Below are positions 24,662 through 33,405 of a stretch of DNA of 52,198 nt, piece by piece. The stretch is taken from contig DATLLX010000016.1 of NCBI GenBank assembly GCA_035537595.1, positions 1 to 52,198 of the forward strand, in the 5' to 3' direction. The notes under the pieces were generated by a model, which was given only the letters and a program-made list of their open reading frames with translations, did not search any database and had not been told where the DNA came from. The position numbers and the translations under genes are program-made. The stretch is from Gaiellales bacterium. GTDB lineage: Bacteria > Actinomycetota > Thermoleophilia > Gaiellales > JAICJC01. How positions within the stretch are numbered: the stretch's first letter is position 1; each line of letters begins with the position of its first letter.

Positions 24662-27237
24662 CCCTTCTGGCGGAGGCGGTCGCGGATCGTGCTCTCCGCC
24701 GCCTCGACCGCAGCTCCCAGCTTGTCCGGGTCGCGCCCTCCTGCCCGGGCCATGGTGTCCCTTCCCCCCCCGCCGCCGCCGACGATGGGGGCGATCTGCT
24801 TGATCAGCTCGACCGCCGAGATGCCGCGCTCCACCGCCTGGCCGTCGACGCTCGCCACCAGGTGCACCTTGCCGTCGGTGCTGGAGCCGAGCACGACCAC
24901 GCCGGGGGCGATCCGTGCCTTCACCCGATCGGATACCTGCAGCAGCGAGTCGGCGTCGACACCGTCGACCACGGCGGCCACGATCCGGATCCCGCCCTCC
25001 TCGCCGGCGCCCTCGATCAGGGCGGCCTCGTGGCCATTGCCCGACGGGGCTGCCGGGCCGCCCGTCCGCTCCAGCCGCTTCACCTGCCGGCGCAGCTCCG
25101 CCACCTCAGCCTCCAGCCGCTCCGCCTCGCCGGCCCGCGAGCGGAGGTGCTCGACGGCGGCCTGGCCGGTGATCGCCTCGATCCGCCGCACGCCCTGGGA
25201 GGAGGACGACTCGCGGAGGATGACCAGGGCGCCGATCTCGGCGCTGCTGCGGACATGGGTGCCGCCGCACAGCTCCCGCGACACGCCCTCGATCTCGACC
25301 ACCCGCACCTGCTCGCCGTACTTCTCGCCGAACAGCATCATCGCGCCCAGCTCGCGGGCGGCGTCCTGGCTGGTGACGAAGATGTGCAGGGGGTGGTTCT
25401 CGACGATCCACTCGTTGGCCAGCCGCTCGACCTCGGCCAGCTCGCCGGGGGTCAGCGGGGCGTCGTGGCGGAAGTCGAACCGCAGCTTGTCGGGGCCGAC
25501 ATACGAGCCGGCCTGGGTGACGTGCTCGCCCAGCACGCGGCGCAGCGCCGCATGCAGCACGTGCGTCCCGGTGTGGTTCGCCTGCGTCGAGCGGCGGGCC
25601 TCGGCGGCGACGTGCGCGTGCACCCGATCGCCGGCGGCGATGGTGCCACGCTCGATCACCGCCACCAGCTGCTGGTCGCCGTCCTGGCGGATCACCTGCT
25701 CGACCGCCGCCCGCCCGCTCTCGGTCTCGATGAAGCCGGTGTCGGACACCTGGCCGCCGCCGGCCGGGTAGAACGGCGACTCCCTGAGCTTGACCGTGAT
25801 CGCGCCCCGCTCGCCCTCGGCCAGGGCGCCGATCTGGGTGTGCACGTCGAGCTGCTCGTAGCCGACGAACTCGGTCTTGAAGCCGGCATCGATCTCGGAG
25901 ACGACGAAGCCGACCTGCTGGGTGCTGGCCCGGGCGCGGGCGCGCTGCTGCTCCATCAGCCGGGCGAACCCCGCCTCGTCGACGCTGCGGCCGTGGTCGG
26001 CGGCGATCTCGGCGGTCAGCTCGAAGGGGAACCCATAGGTGTCGTGCAGGCGAAAGGCGTCGTCAGCCGAGATCTGGTCGCCGGAGCGGGCCAGCACCTC
26101 GTCGAGCAGCGCCTGTCCGGTCTGCAGGGTCTGTGCGAAGCGCGACTCCTCGGCGTCCAGCACGTCGGCGACCTCCGACTGGCGCTCCCGCAGCTCGGGG
26201 TACACGTCGCCCATCCGGGACACCACCAGCTGCTGCAGGCGTCGGGCGACCAGGCCCTCGATGCCGATCCGGCGGGCGTGCACGGCGGCCCGGCGGATCA
26301 CCCGCCGAAGCACGTATCCGCGGCCCTCGTTGGAGGGCCGGATGCCGTCGGCGGCCATGAAGGTCATGCCCCGGGCGTGATCGGCGAGGATGCACAGGCT
26401 GCGGGTCTGCTCCGGATCGGTGCCGAAGCGAGCGCCCGACCACCGCTCGATCTCGGCGATGGCCTCGCTGAACACGTCGGTCTCGAACACGCTGTGCAGC
26501 CCGTTGACCGCGGCGGCGACCCGCTCGACGCCCGACCCGGTGTCGACGCTGGGCGCCGGCAGCGGCTCCAGGGCGCCGCCCTCCAGCATGTTGTACTGCA
26601 TGAAGACGAGGTTCCAGAACTCCAGGAACCGGTCGCACTCACAGCCCGGCGCGCACTCGTCGCGGCCGCAGCCGTGGGCGGGGCCGCGGTCGAGGTAGAG
26701 CTCCGAGCAGGGCCCGCAGGGACCGACCGGGCCGGCCTGCCAGAAGTTGTCGGATCCCAGCCGGACGATCCGCTCCGCCGGGATGCCGATGCGCCGCCAC
26801 AGCTGCTCGGCCTCCTCGTCCGCAGGCACCCGCTCGTCGCCCTCGTAGACGGTCGCCCAGATGCTCTCGGCGTCGAGCCCGAAACCCTCGTCCGACGTCG
26901 CCAGCTCCCACGCGCACTCGACGGCGTAGTCCTTGAAGTAGTCGCCGAACGAGAAGTTGCCCATCATCTCGAAGAAGGTGAGATGCCGGGCCGTGCGGCC
27001 GACCTCCTCGATGTCCACGGTGCGGAAGCACTTCTGCACCGTCGTGGCCCGCGGCGCCGGCGGCTGGTCGGCGCCTAGGAAGTAGCGCTTCAGCGGCTGC
27101 ATGCCGGCGGTGGTGATCAGCACCGATGTGTCCCAGTCCGGCGGCACCAGCGAGCCGCTGGGCAGCCGGACGTGCCCCCGCTGCTCGAAGAAGCTGACGA
27201 ACCGCTCGCGGATCTCGTCCGATCGCATGGGCGCCAT
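24658..27237 (-). CDS. alaS: Alanine--tRNA ligase
   Basis: An 859-aa protein with FFEQRGH, TTAGMQPLK, FEMMGNFSFGDYFK, HTGTHVLHAALR and a C-terminal DHHA1-like GGGGGGRDTMARAGG. Confidence 0.97.
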   Translation of the reverse strand: MAPMRSDEIRERFVSFFEQRGHVRLPSGSLVPPDWDTSVLITTAGMQPLKRYFLGADQPPAPRATTVQKCFRTVDIEEVGRTARHLTFFEMMGNFSFGDYFKDYAVECAWELATSDEGFGLDAESIWATVYEGDERVPADEEAEQLWRRIGIPAERIVRLGSDNFWQAGPVGPCGPCSELYLDRGPAHGCGRDECAPGCECDRFLEFWNLVFMQYNMLEGGALEPLPAPSVDTGSGVERVAAAVNGLHSVFETDVFSEAIAEIERWSGARFGTDPEQTRSLCILADHARGMTFMAADGIRPSNEGRGYVLRRVIRRAAVHARRIGIEGLVARRLQQLVVSRMGDVYPELRERQSEVADVLDAEESRFAQTLQTGQALLDEVLARSGDQISADDAFRLHDTYGFPFELTAEIAADHGRSVDEAGFARLMEQQRARARASTQQVGFVVSEIDAGFKTEFVGYEQLDVHTQIGALAEGERGAITVKLRESPFYPAGGGQVSDTGFIETESGRAAVEQVIRQDGDQQLVAVIERGTIAAGDRVHAHVAAEARRSTQANHTGTHVLHAALRRVLGEHVTQAGSYVGPDKLRFDFRHDAPLTPGELAEVERLANEWIVENHPLHIFVTSQDAARELGAMMLFGEKYGEQVRVVEIEGVSRELCGGTHVRSSAEIGALVILRESSSSQGVRRIEAITGQAAVEHLRSRAGEAERLEAEVAELRRQVKRLERTGGPAAPSGNGHEAALIEGAGEEGGIRIVAAVVDGVDADSLLQVSDRVKARIAPGVVVLGSSTDGKVHLVASVDGQAVERGISAVELIKQIAPIVGGGGGGRDTMARAGGRDPDKLGAAVEAAESTIRDRLRQKG

Positions 27238-27321
27238 TCTATCGACGCCCCTGCCGCCGCCCTGCTACCGCTGCACCTTGGCGCCGCGTGACACGGCGGG
27301 TGCGCCCGCTAAGGTGAGATC

Positions 27322-27636
27322 ATGCACGAGGACGACACGCTCCACCGCTTCGAGCACTCCGAGCGCTTCACCGGCCGCATCGAGCCGCTCGACGCGCACG
27401 TCCTGATCGAGCCGATCGACGACGAGACCCAGACCTCGACCGGCCTGATCATCCCCTCCAGCTCGGAGTCGGCCTGCTGGTCGGGGATCGTCGTCGCCGC
27501 CGGTGACGACGCGGTCGGCGTGCTCCCGGGCGACAAGGTGCTGTACCCCCGGCATGCCGGCTACGAGGTGCGGATCGCCGGGCAGCCGAAGCGGATCGTC
27601 AGCCGCCACGAGCTGATCGCCCGGCTGCACGATTAG
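27322..27636 (+). CDS. GroES (Cpn10)-family protein with an about 20-aa N-terminal extension, not next to groEL
   Basis: IEPLDAHVLIEPIDDETQTSTGLIIPSSS....GIVVAAGDDAVGVLPGDKVLYPRHAGYEVRIAGQPKRIVSRHELIARL follows the Cpn10 pattern. AAGGTGA RBS precedes ATG 27322. Confidence 0.6.
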   Translation: MHEDDTLHRFEHSERFTGRIEPLDAHVLIEPIDDETQTSTGLIIPSSSESACWSGIVVAAGDDAVGVLPGDKVLYPRHAGYEVRIAGQPKRIVSRHELIARLHD

Positions 27637-27899
27637 CCGGGAGGCCGGTCAGGGCCAGGCTCGCCCAGCTCCTCGTCGAACGCCTCGCCCGCCTGCTCGG
27701 CCGCCATCTTGCCCTCGTCAGCAGCCTCCCGCAGGTCGTCGCCGATCGTGCCCAGGTCATGCACGAAGCGGCCCGGCATCTCCATTAGCACGTCGACCAG
27801 CGGCCGGCCCTCCTCGGCCGCGATCCGCTGCGCCCGGCTCAGCGCCGCAACGCCCAGGGCGGACGTGGCTAGCCCCAGCAGGGCGAACACCCGGGTCAC
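27633..27899 (-). CDS. Small hypothetical membrane-anchored protein (88 aa)
   Basis: GTG 27897-27899 overlaps the DUF948 stop (GTGA). The sequence is VTRVFALLGLATSALGVAAL followed by an acidic helical tail. The upstream part of the 217-aa track ORF overlaps the DUF948 gene out of frame. Confidence 0.5.
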   Translation of the reverse strand: MTRVFALLGLATSALGVAALSRAQRIAAEEGRPLVDVLMEMPGRFVHDLGTIGDDLREAADEGKMAAEQAGEAFDEELGEPGPDRPPG

Positions 27900-28273
27900 A
27901 CCACGCCACCACGCTGGCGCCGCTTGGCCTTGAACGACTCGAAGGCGTGGCGGGCGCCCTCGACCGCGCTGTTCACCGCCTTGACCGGCGCTGCGGCGGC
28001 GTGCGTGACCGCGCGCGCCGTGTGGTCGACGGTCTGCACGGTGTCGACCGCGGTGTCGGTGACCTTGCCGACCTTCTCCAGCTCGGCGTTCACGTGATCG
28101 AGGGTGATCGAGGTCTTGCCGAGCATCGGCACCACCTCGCCCATCGCCTCGTCGAGGTTGGTGGTCACGTGCTTGAGCAGCGTGCCCAGCCGGAACAGGG
28201 CGAAGGCCAGTCCGAGGCCGAACAGGATCAGAAATGCGGTGAGGGCGTAGTGCCAGGCGTCTGTGCTGGTCAT
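27896..28273 (-). CDS. DUF948-like membrane protein (N-terminal TM + coiled coil)
   Basis: MTSTDAWHYALTAFLILFGLGLAFALFRLGTLLKHVTTNLDEAMGEVVPMLGKTSITLDHVNAELEKVGKVTD. This type is commonly found next to alaS in high-G+C Gram-positives. Confidence 0.7.
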   Translation of the reverse strand: MTSTDAWHYALTAFLILFGLGLAFALFRLGTLLKHVTTNLDEAMGEVVPMLGKTSITLDHVNAELEKVGKVTDTAVDTVQTVDHTARAVTHAAAAPVKAVNSAVEGARHAFESFKAKRRQRGGVV

Positions 28274-28304
28274 GGGCGCAGATCATACCCTCGGGACGGA
28301 CGGG

Positions 28305-29723
28305 TCAAGCCGTGATGATGCCGGCGCCGACCACGACGTCGCCGTCGTAGAGCACGGCGGCCTGGCCGGGAGCTGCGCCCGGCACCGGCTCGGCCAGCTC
28401 CAGCCGGAAGCCTCCCGGCTCCGCCACGACGGTCGCATCCACCGCCGGCGAGCGGTAGCGAAGCTTCGCGCTGACCCGGCCGGGCGAGGTATGCAGCGCC
28501 CCCGGCGACACCCGGACGGCGGTGGTCTGCAGCTGGCCGCGGTGCCCGGCCACCACCGTGCCGGTGGCGGCGTCGGTGCTGATCACGTAGAGGGCATCGC
28601 CGCCACCCACGCGAAGTCCGCGGCGCTGGCCGGCGGTGAACCGGTGGACGCCGTCGTGGCGGCCCAGCTCCCGGCCCTCGCTGTCGACGATCGCGCCCGC
28701 CTTCCCGGCTCCGCCATGGCGCTCCAGGAACGCGCGGTGGTCGCCGCCGCCGACGAAGCACACCTCCTGGCTCTCGGCCCTGCCCGCGGCGGCGAGGCCG
28801 GCGTCGCGAGCCTGCTCACGGGTGGCCGTCTTGCGCTGCTCGCCCAGCGGGAACCACACCCGCTCGAGGATCCGGGGCGGCACGGTCGCCAGCATGTAGG
28901 ACTGGTCCTTGGTCTCGTCCAGGCCACGGGCCAGCAGCGTCCGGCCCTGGCGCCGGACCGTCCGCGCGTAGTGGCCGGTCGCCAGGTGCGGGGCGCCGAC
29001 CTGATCGGCCAGCGCTGCCAGGGCCTCGAACCGGAACCGGCCGTTGCAGCGCACGCAGGGGTTCGGCGTCAGTCCGGCCGCATGGTCGCGGACGAAGGCC
29101 TCCACCACCTGCTCGCGGAACGGCCGGCGCAGGTCAAGCGTCAGGTGAGGGACCCCCAGCGCGTGGCAGGCGCTGCGCGCAGCCCTCACCGACTGGGGCG
29201 AGCAGCAGGCGCGCTCGGAGTCCGGCGCCTCGGGGTCGATCCACAGCCGCAGCGTCACGCCGACCGGCTCGAACCCCGCCTCGACCGACTTCAGCAGGGC
29301 CACCGCGCTGTCCACGCCACCGCTCATGGCCACGGCCACCCGTCCCTCCTGCGGTGGCAGCTGCCATCGCTCCAGAGCGCCGGCGAGGGCGGCGTGAAGC
29401 GCGTCGACGGCCAGCAGCGCGCACTCCCGGCCGCCGGAATCGGGCCGCAGCTCGGCGTCGATCTCGGACGCGCCGATGCGGGCCGCGTCGAGCAGCTCAC
29501 GGCCCTCGGCCAGGGCGCAGACCAGCGCGGCGCCGGCCGTGGCATGCGGACAGGCGCGCGAGCGGTGGCGGGCCTGAACGATCCGGCCGCCGGTGACCGC
29601 CAGCTCGATGCGGACGCGATCGCCGCAGGTCTCGTCACCGGCCTCGCCGGCACAGGCCCCGGGGCCGGCCGAGCCGGCGCGGACGGTGTCGAGAGCAAGC
29701 CGCACGACGGCGTCGGAATGCAT
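28305..29723 (-). CDS. mnmA: tRNA 2-thiouridine(34) synthase MnmA with an N-terminal IscU/NifU-like domain (about aa 1-118)
   Basis: The IscU-like part has GDETCGDRVRIEL, SRACPHATAGAAL and GGRECALLAVDAL (Cys33/Cys58/Cys101). MnmA follows: RVAVAMSGGVDSAVALL (PP-loop), TPNPCVRCN, DQSYML and QEVCFV. Confidence 0.85.
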   Translation of the reverse strand: MHSDAVVRLALDTVRAGSAGPGACAGEAGDETCGDRVRIELAVTGGRIVQARHRSRACPHATAGAALVCALAEGRELLDAARIGASEIDAELRPDSGGRECALLAVDALHAALAGALERWQLPPQEGRVAVAMSGGVDSAVALLKSVEAGFEPVGVTLRLWIDPEAPDSERACCSPQSVRAARSACHALGVPHLTLDLRRPFREQVVEAFVRDHAAGLTPNPCVRCNGRFRFEALAALADQVGAPHLATGHYARTVRRQGRTLLARGLDETKDQSYMLATVPPRILERVWFPLGEQRKTATREQARDAGLAAAGRAESQEVCFVGGGDHRAFLERHGGAGKAGAIVDSEGRELGRHDGVHRFTAGQRRGLRVGGGDALYVISTDAATGTVVAGHRGQLQTTAVRVSPGALHTSPGRVSAKLRYRSPAVDATVVAEPGGFRLELAEPVPGAAPGQAAVLYDGDVVVGAGIITA

Positions 29724-29733
29724 GGAACGAAGC

Positions 29734-30831
29734 TTAGTGGGCCGCTCTGGCCAGGATCTCCTCGTACAGCTCGCGCAGCTCGGCCGGCGTCAGCTGCAGC
29801 GTCGGCTCGCCGACCATCACCTCGTGCCTCTGCCACCCGGGCGACGTCGTCGGCCCCGGCTCCGCGAACAGGAACACCTTGCGCTCCTCGGCGACCGCCA
29901 GCGCCGCCTCCCCCAACCGCTCGCCGTCCCCGCGCAGCAGCAGGTGGAACATCGGGGTCTGCGGCGGGTCGGGCACCACCTCGAGACCGTCCACCTGCGA
30001 CAGCTCCGCGGCGATGGCGCGCGCATGCTCGGCGTAGCCGGGCATGCGGGCGAGCTTCTCGTCGAGCGCCAGCTCGGCCGAGACCACGAACGGATGCATG
30101 GTCACCAGGTTGCCGCCGTGGCGGCGCAGCCACACCCGGGCCTGGGCGATCAGCTCGGCATCGCCCGCCAGCGCAGCCCCTGCCAGGCCGCCCAGGTCCT
30201 TGTAGAAGGAGACGTAGGTGCTGTCGAACAGCCCCGCGATCTCGGCGTGGGGGCGCCCGTAGAAGGGTGCCGCCTGCCACAGCCGGGCGCCGTCCATGTG
30301 CAGGGCGGTCCCCCGCTCCCGCGCCCACGCGGTCTGGGCCACCAGGTCGTCCCACCCGGGCAGCCGGCCGCCGATCTCGCGCTGCGGCAGCTCCAGCAGC
30401 AGCGCGGCCACCGGCTCGGCGATCGCCTCCAGGTCGGTCAGCCTGATCAGGCCGTTGGGATCGCCGACCAGGCGCCCGTGCAGCCCGTGCAGCAACTGAT
30501 ATCCCTTCTGCTCGTGGATCTCGAGATGGCAGGTGGGATGGAAGGCCACCGTCCGGCTCCCCTTGCGCTCGCTCCAGATCCGCAGCGCGATCTGCTGGGC
30601 GGCGGTGCCCGACGGCATGAACACCGCGGCCTCGGCGCCCAGCAGCTCCGCCACCCGCGCCTCCAGCCGCGCGATCCGCTCTCCCTCGCCGTAGCCGTCG
30701 GCGCGCTCGTCGTCGGGCGTCGCCTCGGCGATCGCGGCCAACCGGTCGCGCATCGAGGGACGGCCGTGCCAGGCGTTCAGGAACCGGTCGGCGCCCGCCA
30801 CTGCCCTGGCGAACCGCTCCTCGTCAGGCAA
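29734..30831 (-). CDS. Threonine aldolase / beta-eliminating lyase family PLP enzyme
   Basis: [15 protein letters not shown]...LHMDGARLW...[10 protein letters not shown] (PLP-Lys context). Confidence 0.8.
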   Translation of the reverse strand: MPDEERFARAVAGADRFLNAWHGRPSMRDRLAAIAEATPDDERADGYGEGERIARLEARVAELLGAEAAVFMPSGTAAQQIALRIWSERKGSRTVAFHPTCHLEIHEQKGYQLLHGLHGRLVGDPNGLIRLTDLEAIAEPVAALLLELPQREIGGRLPGWDDLVAQTAWARERGTALHMDGARLWQAAPFYGRPHAEIAGLFDSTYVSFYKDLGGLAGAALAGDAELIAQARVWLRRHGGNLVTMHPFVVSAELALDEKLARMPGYAEHARAIAAELSQVDGLEVVPDPPQTPMFHLLLRGDGERLGEAALAVAEERKVFLFAEPGPTTSPGWQRHEVMVGEPTLQLTPAELRELYEEILARAAH

Positions 30832-31963
30832 CGTCGGTCACCGGCAGCGCTCCCGCGCGCAGGCGCTCCGCGCACCCGGCCAGCGCTGCCCCGAAGCCGT
30901 CGACCTCCTCGGCGGTCGTGTCGAGGCCGATCGAGACGCGGATCACGCTGCGGGCATCGTCCGGCGTCAGCCCCTGGGCCAGCAGCACGTGGCTGGGGGC
31001 GGCCGACCCGGCGGCGCAGGCCGACCCGGCGGCGACCGCAAAGCCCGCGCGGTCGAGCGCCAGCACCAGCAGGTCGGCGCGCAGGTCGTCGACCAGGATC
31101 AGCACGTGGCCGGGAAGCCGCTCGGCATCCCGGGAGACGATCGACATGCCGGCCCCGCGCCCGATCATCGCCTCCAGCCTGTCACGCAGCCGGCGGCGGA
31201 CGTCGCCACGGCGGCGGACGGCCTCGAGCGCCGCGGCGAAGCCAACGATGCCGGGCACGTTCTCGGTCCCCGACCGCAGGCCCCCCTCCTGGCCTCCACC
31301 CCAGATCAGCGGGCGAACGCGGGCGGGATCACGGGCGATCAGCGCGCCCACGCCCTTCGGCCCGTTCAGCTTGTGCGCGGAGAGAGCCATGGTCTCGGCG
31401 CCGACGCCGCCAAAGTCGATCGCGATCGACGCCGCGGCCTGCACGGCGTCGACGTGCAGCGGGACCCGCCGCTCGGCTGCGATGGCCGCCAGCTCGGCCA
31501 CCGGCTGCACCGCCCCGGTGACGTTGTTGGCCCACATCACCGCAGCCATCCGGTCGCCCTCGCGGACGAGGTCGGCGAACCGGGCAGAATCGACCACGCC
31601 CTGTGCGTCCACCGGGGCGAATGCCACCTCGAACCCCTGCCGCTCCAGCTCGAGCGCCGGCGCGCGAACCGCGGAGTGCTCGATCGCGCTTGACACCAGC
31701 CGGCCCAGCGGCCGGCCGCAGAGCCCGAACACCGCCTGGTTGTCGGCCTCAGTCCCGCCCGACGTGAACACCAGCTGGCCAGGCTCGCAGCCCAGCAGCT
31801 CGGCCAGCCGCCGTCGCGCCTGCTCGAGGCCCAGCCGCGCCTCCCGGCCGCGCGCGTGCGGCTCGGAGGCGTTGCCGAACCTCTGCGACAGGTACGGCTC
31901 CATCGCCTCCCGGGCCTCGTCGCACAGCGGCGTCGTCGCGGCGTGGTCGAGATACACGCTCAC
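30824..31963 (-). CDS. Cysteine desulfurase (class V aminotransferase, NifS/IscS-like)
   Basis: [11 protein letters not shown]...[10 protein letters not shown]...HVDAVQA...[14 protein letters not shown]...[14 protein letters not shown], with a C-terminal SACAAGS active-site Cys loop. Confidence 0.9.
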   Translation of the reverse strand: MSVYLDHAATTPLCDEAREAMEPYLSQRFGNASEPHARGREARLGLEQARRRLAELLGCEPGQLVFTSGGTEADNQAVFGLCGRPLGRLVSSAIEHSAVRAPALELERQGFEVAFAPVDAQGVVDSARFADLVREGDRMAAVMWANNVTGAVQPVAELAAIAAERRVPLHVDAVQAAASIAIDFGGVGAETMALSAHKLNGPKGVGALIARDPARVRPLIWGGGQEGGLRSGTENVPGIVGFAAALEAVRRRGDVRRRLRDRLEAMIGRGAGMSIVSRDAERLPGHVLILVDDLRADLLVLALDRAGFAVAAGSACAAGSAAPSHVLLAQGLTPDDARSVIRVSIGLDTTAEEVDGFGAALAGCAERLRAGALPVTDVA

Positions 31964-32163
31964 CGGCGCAACCTACCGCGAACCGCGGACATGCCGACGC
32001 CTGAGGCTGGGCGTGCAACCACTCTCTGATCTTTCGATCGCACTGACCACCGCCTCTGCGCCTGTACGTGTCGCACGACGTGTGAATGAAGTGCGCTTTG
32101 GAAAATGGCGCCGGCATCACACAGCCTAGCGAACCTGGGGGGTTTGTCGAGAGAATACGAGCC

Positions 32164-32838
32164 GTGACGGTTCTGCCGCACGCGGCGGTCGGATACCTGG
32201 TCGCAACCGCGATGCTGGCGCTGCTCGCTCTCGCCCCCGGCTCCGAGGCGCCCGCGGGCGACGACCTGCCCCACCTGTCGCCCTGGCGGCCGAGCGCGCA
32301 GGCCCGCTTCTCGAGCGCGCTTCGGGCGCTGGGGGACGAGCCGCGGGCGACGTTCTACGAACATGCCACGCTGGTCGCCGCCTTCCGGCCGGTGCAGCCG
32401 TGGCAGGTGCCGAAGCTGCGCATCGACGCCGCCATCGCAGCCACCCGCGTGCTGCGCTCGTGCCGCTGCCCCGTGAACCGGTTCCGGCTGATCGACGACC
32501 AGCTGATCCAGGAGCACCAGGCGCTGATCGCCAGGGGCCGGGTGGCAAGGACGCAGGAGCCCCCCAACGACCTCGACGACACACACTGGGCGATGGACGG
32601 CGCCTCCGGGGCGCAGATCGCCCGCCGGGCGCAGGATCTGGTCGACACCTCGGTGCCTTCTTCCTCCACCCGGGTGACGATCGCGATCGACCGGGACGGG
32701 AGGCCGGCATTCCGCTTCGCCTACCGCCCGGCGACCCGCAAGGCCGCCATGTGGGCGGCCGCCGGCGTCGACCTGCCGCACGTGCCGCCGCCGGTCACGG
32801 TGCAGGGTCCGGACACCCCGTTCTCCAATGTGCCGTGA
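32164..32838 (+). CDS. Hypothetical protein with a signal-like N-terminus
   Basis: Third-position G+C is high along the whole frame. GTG 32164 gives VTVLPHAAVGYLVATAMLALLALAPGSEAPAG. I recognised no family. Alternative starts are ATG 32086 and ATG 32212. Confidence 0.45.
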   Translation: MTVLPHAAVGYLVATAMLALLALAPGSEAPAGDDLPHLSPWRPSAQARFSSALRALGDEPRATFYEHATLVAAFRPVQPWQVPKLRIDAAIAATRVLRSCRCPVNRFRLIDDQLIQEHQALIARGRVARTQEPPNDLDDTHWAMDGASGAQIARRAQDLVDTSVPSSSTRVTIAIDRDGRPAFRFAYRPATRKAAMWAAAGVDLPHVPPPVTVQGPDTPFSNVP

Positions 32839-32969
32839 CACCGCCGGCGTTGCAGATGGTCGGCGTGGAGCGTAGGGTCGGCCCACGCTCCGGCGTTGGG
32901 AGCGAGTGACCCGGCACCGTCGGCCCACCTCCGTGGGCCACCCGAGCCGGCAAACAGGGAGGGACGCCG

Positions 32970-33398
32970 ATGTCCACCACCACCGAGTCCATCACCGACA
33001 CGGCCAGGGCATTCTTCGACGCCTGCGAGTCGGGCAAGGGCTGGGCGGAGTGCCGCGCCCACTGCCGGCCCGACGCCGGATTCTCGGCCCAGGCCGAACC
33101 GCTCGCCGACATCCGCACGCTGGAGGACTACGCGGAGTGGATGAAGGGCCTGCTCGGGCTGGTGCCCGACGGCGCGGCCGAGGTGAAGTCGTTCGCCACC
33201 GACCACGAGCGAAACAGCGTCTGCGCCTACGGCGTGTTCACGGGCACCCACACGGGCTCGGGTGGACCGGTACCGCCGACCGGCAGGCGCGTCAGCTCCG
33301 ACTACGTGTATGTGATGGAGTTCGACGGCGGCAAGATCAGCCACATGACCAAGATCTGGAACGCCGGATGGGCGATGAAGGAGCTCGGCTGGACGTAG
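32970..33398 (+). CDS. SnoaL-like / NTF2-fold protein (predicted ester cyclase type)
   Basis: ARAFFDACESGKGW...VKSFATDHERNSVCAYGVFTGTHTG...PPTGRRVSSDYVYVMEFDGGKISHMTKIWN. GGGAGGGA RBS precedes ATG 32970. Confidence 0.7.
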   Translation: MSTTTESITDTARAFFDACESGKGWAECRAHCRPDAGFSAQAEPLADIRTLEDYAEWMKGLLGLVPDGAAEVKSFATDHERNSVCAYGVFTGTHTGSGGPVPPTGRRVSSDYVYVMEFDGGKISHMTKIWNAGWAMKELGWT

Positions 33399-33405
33399 CC
33401 CGGAG

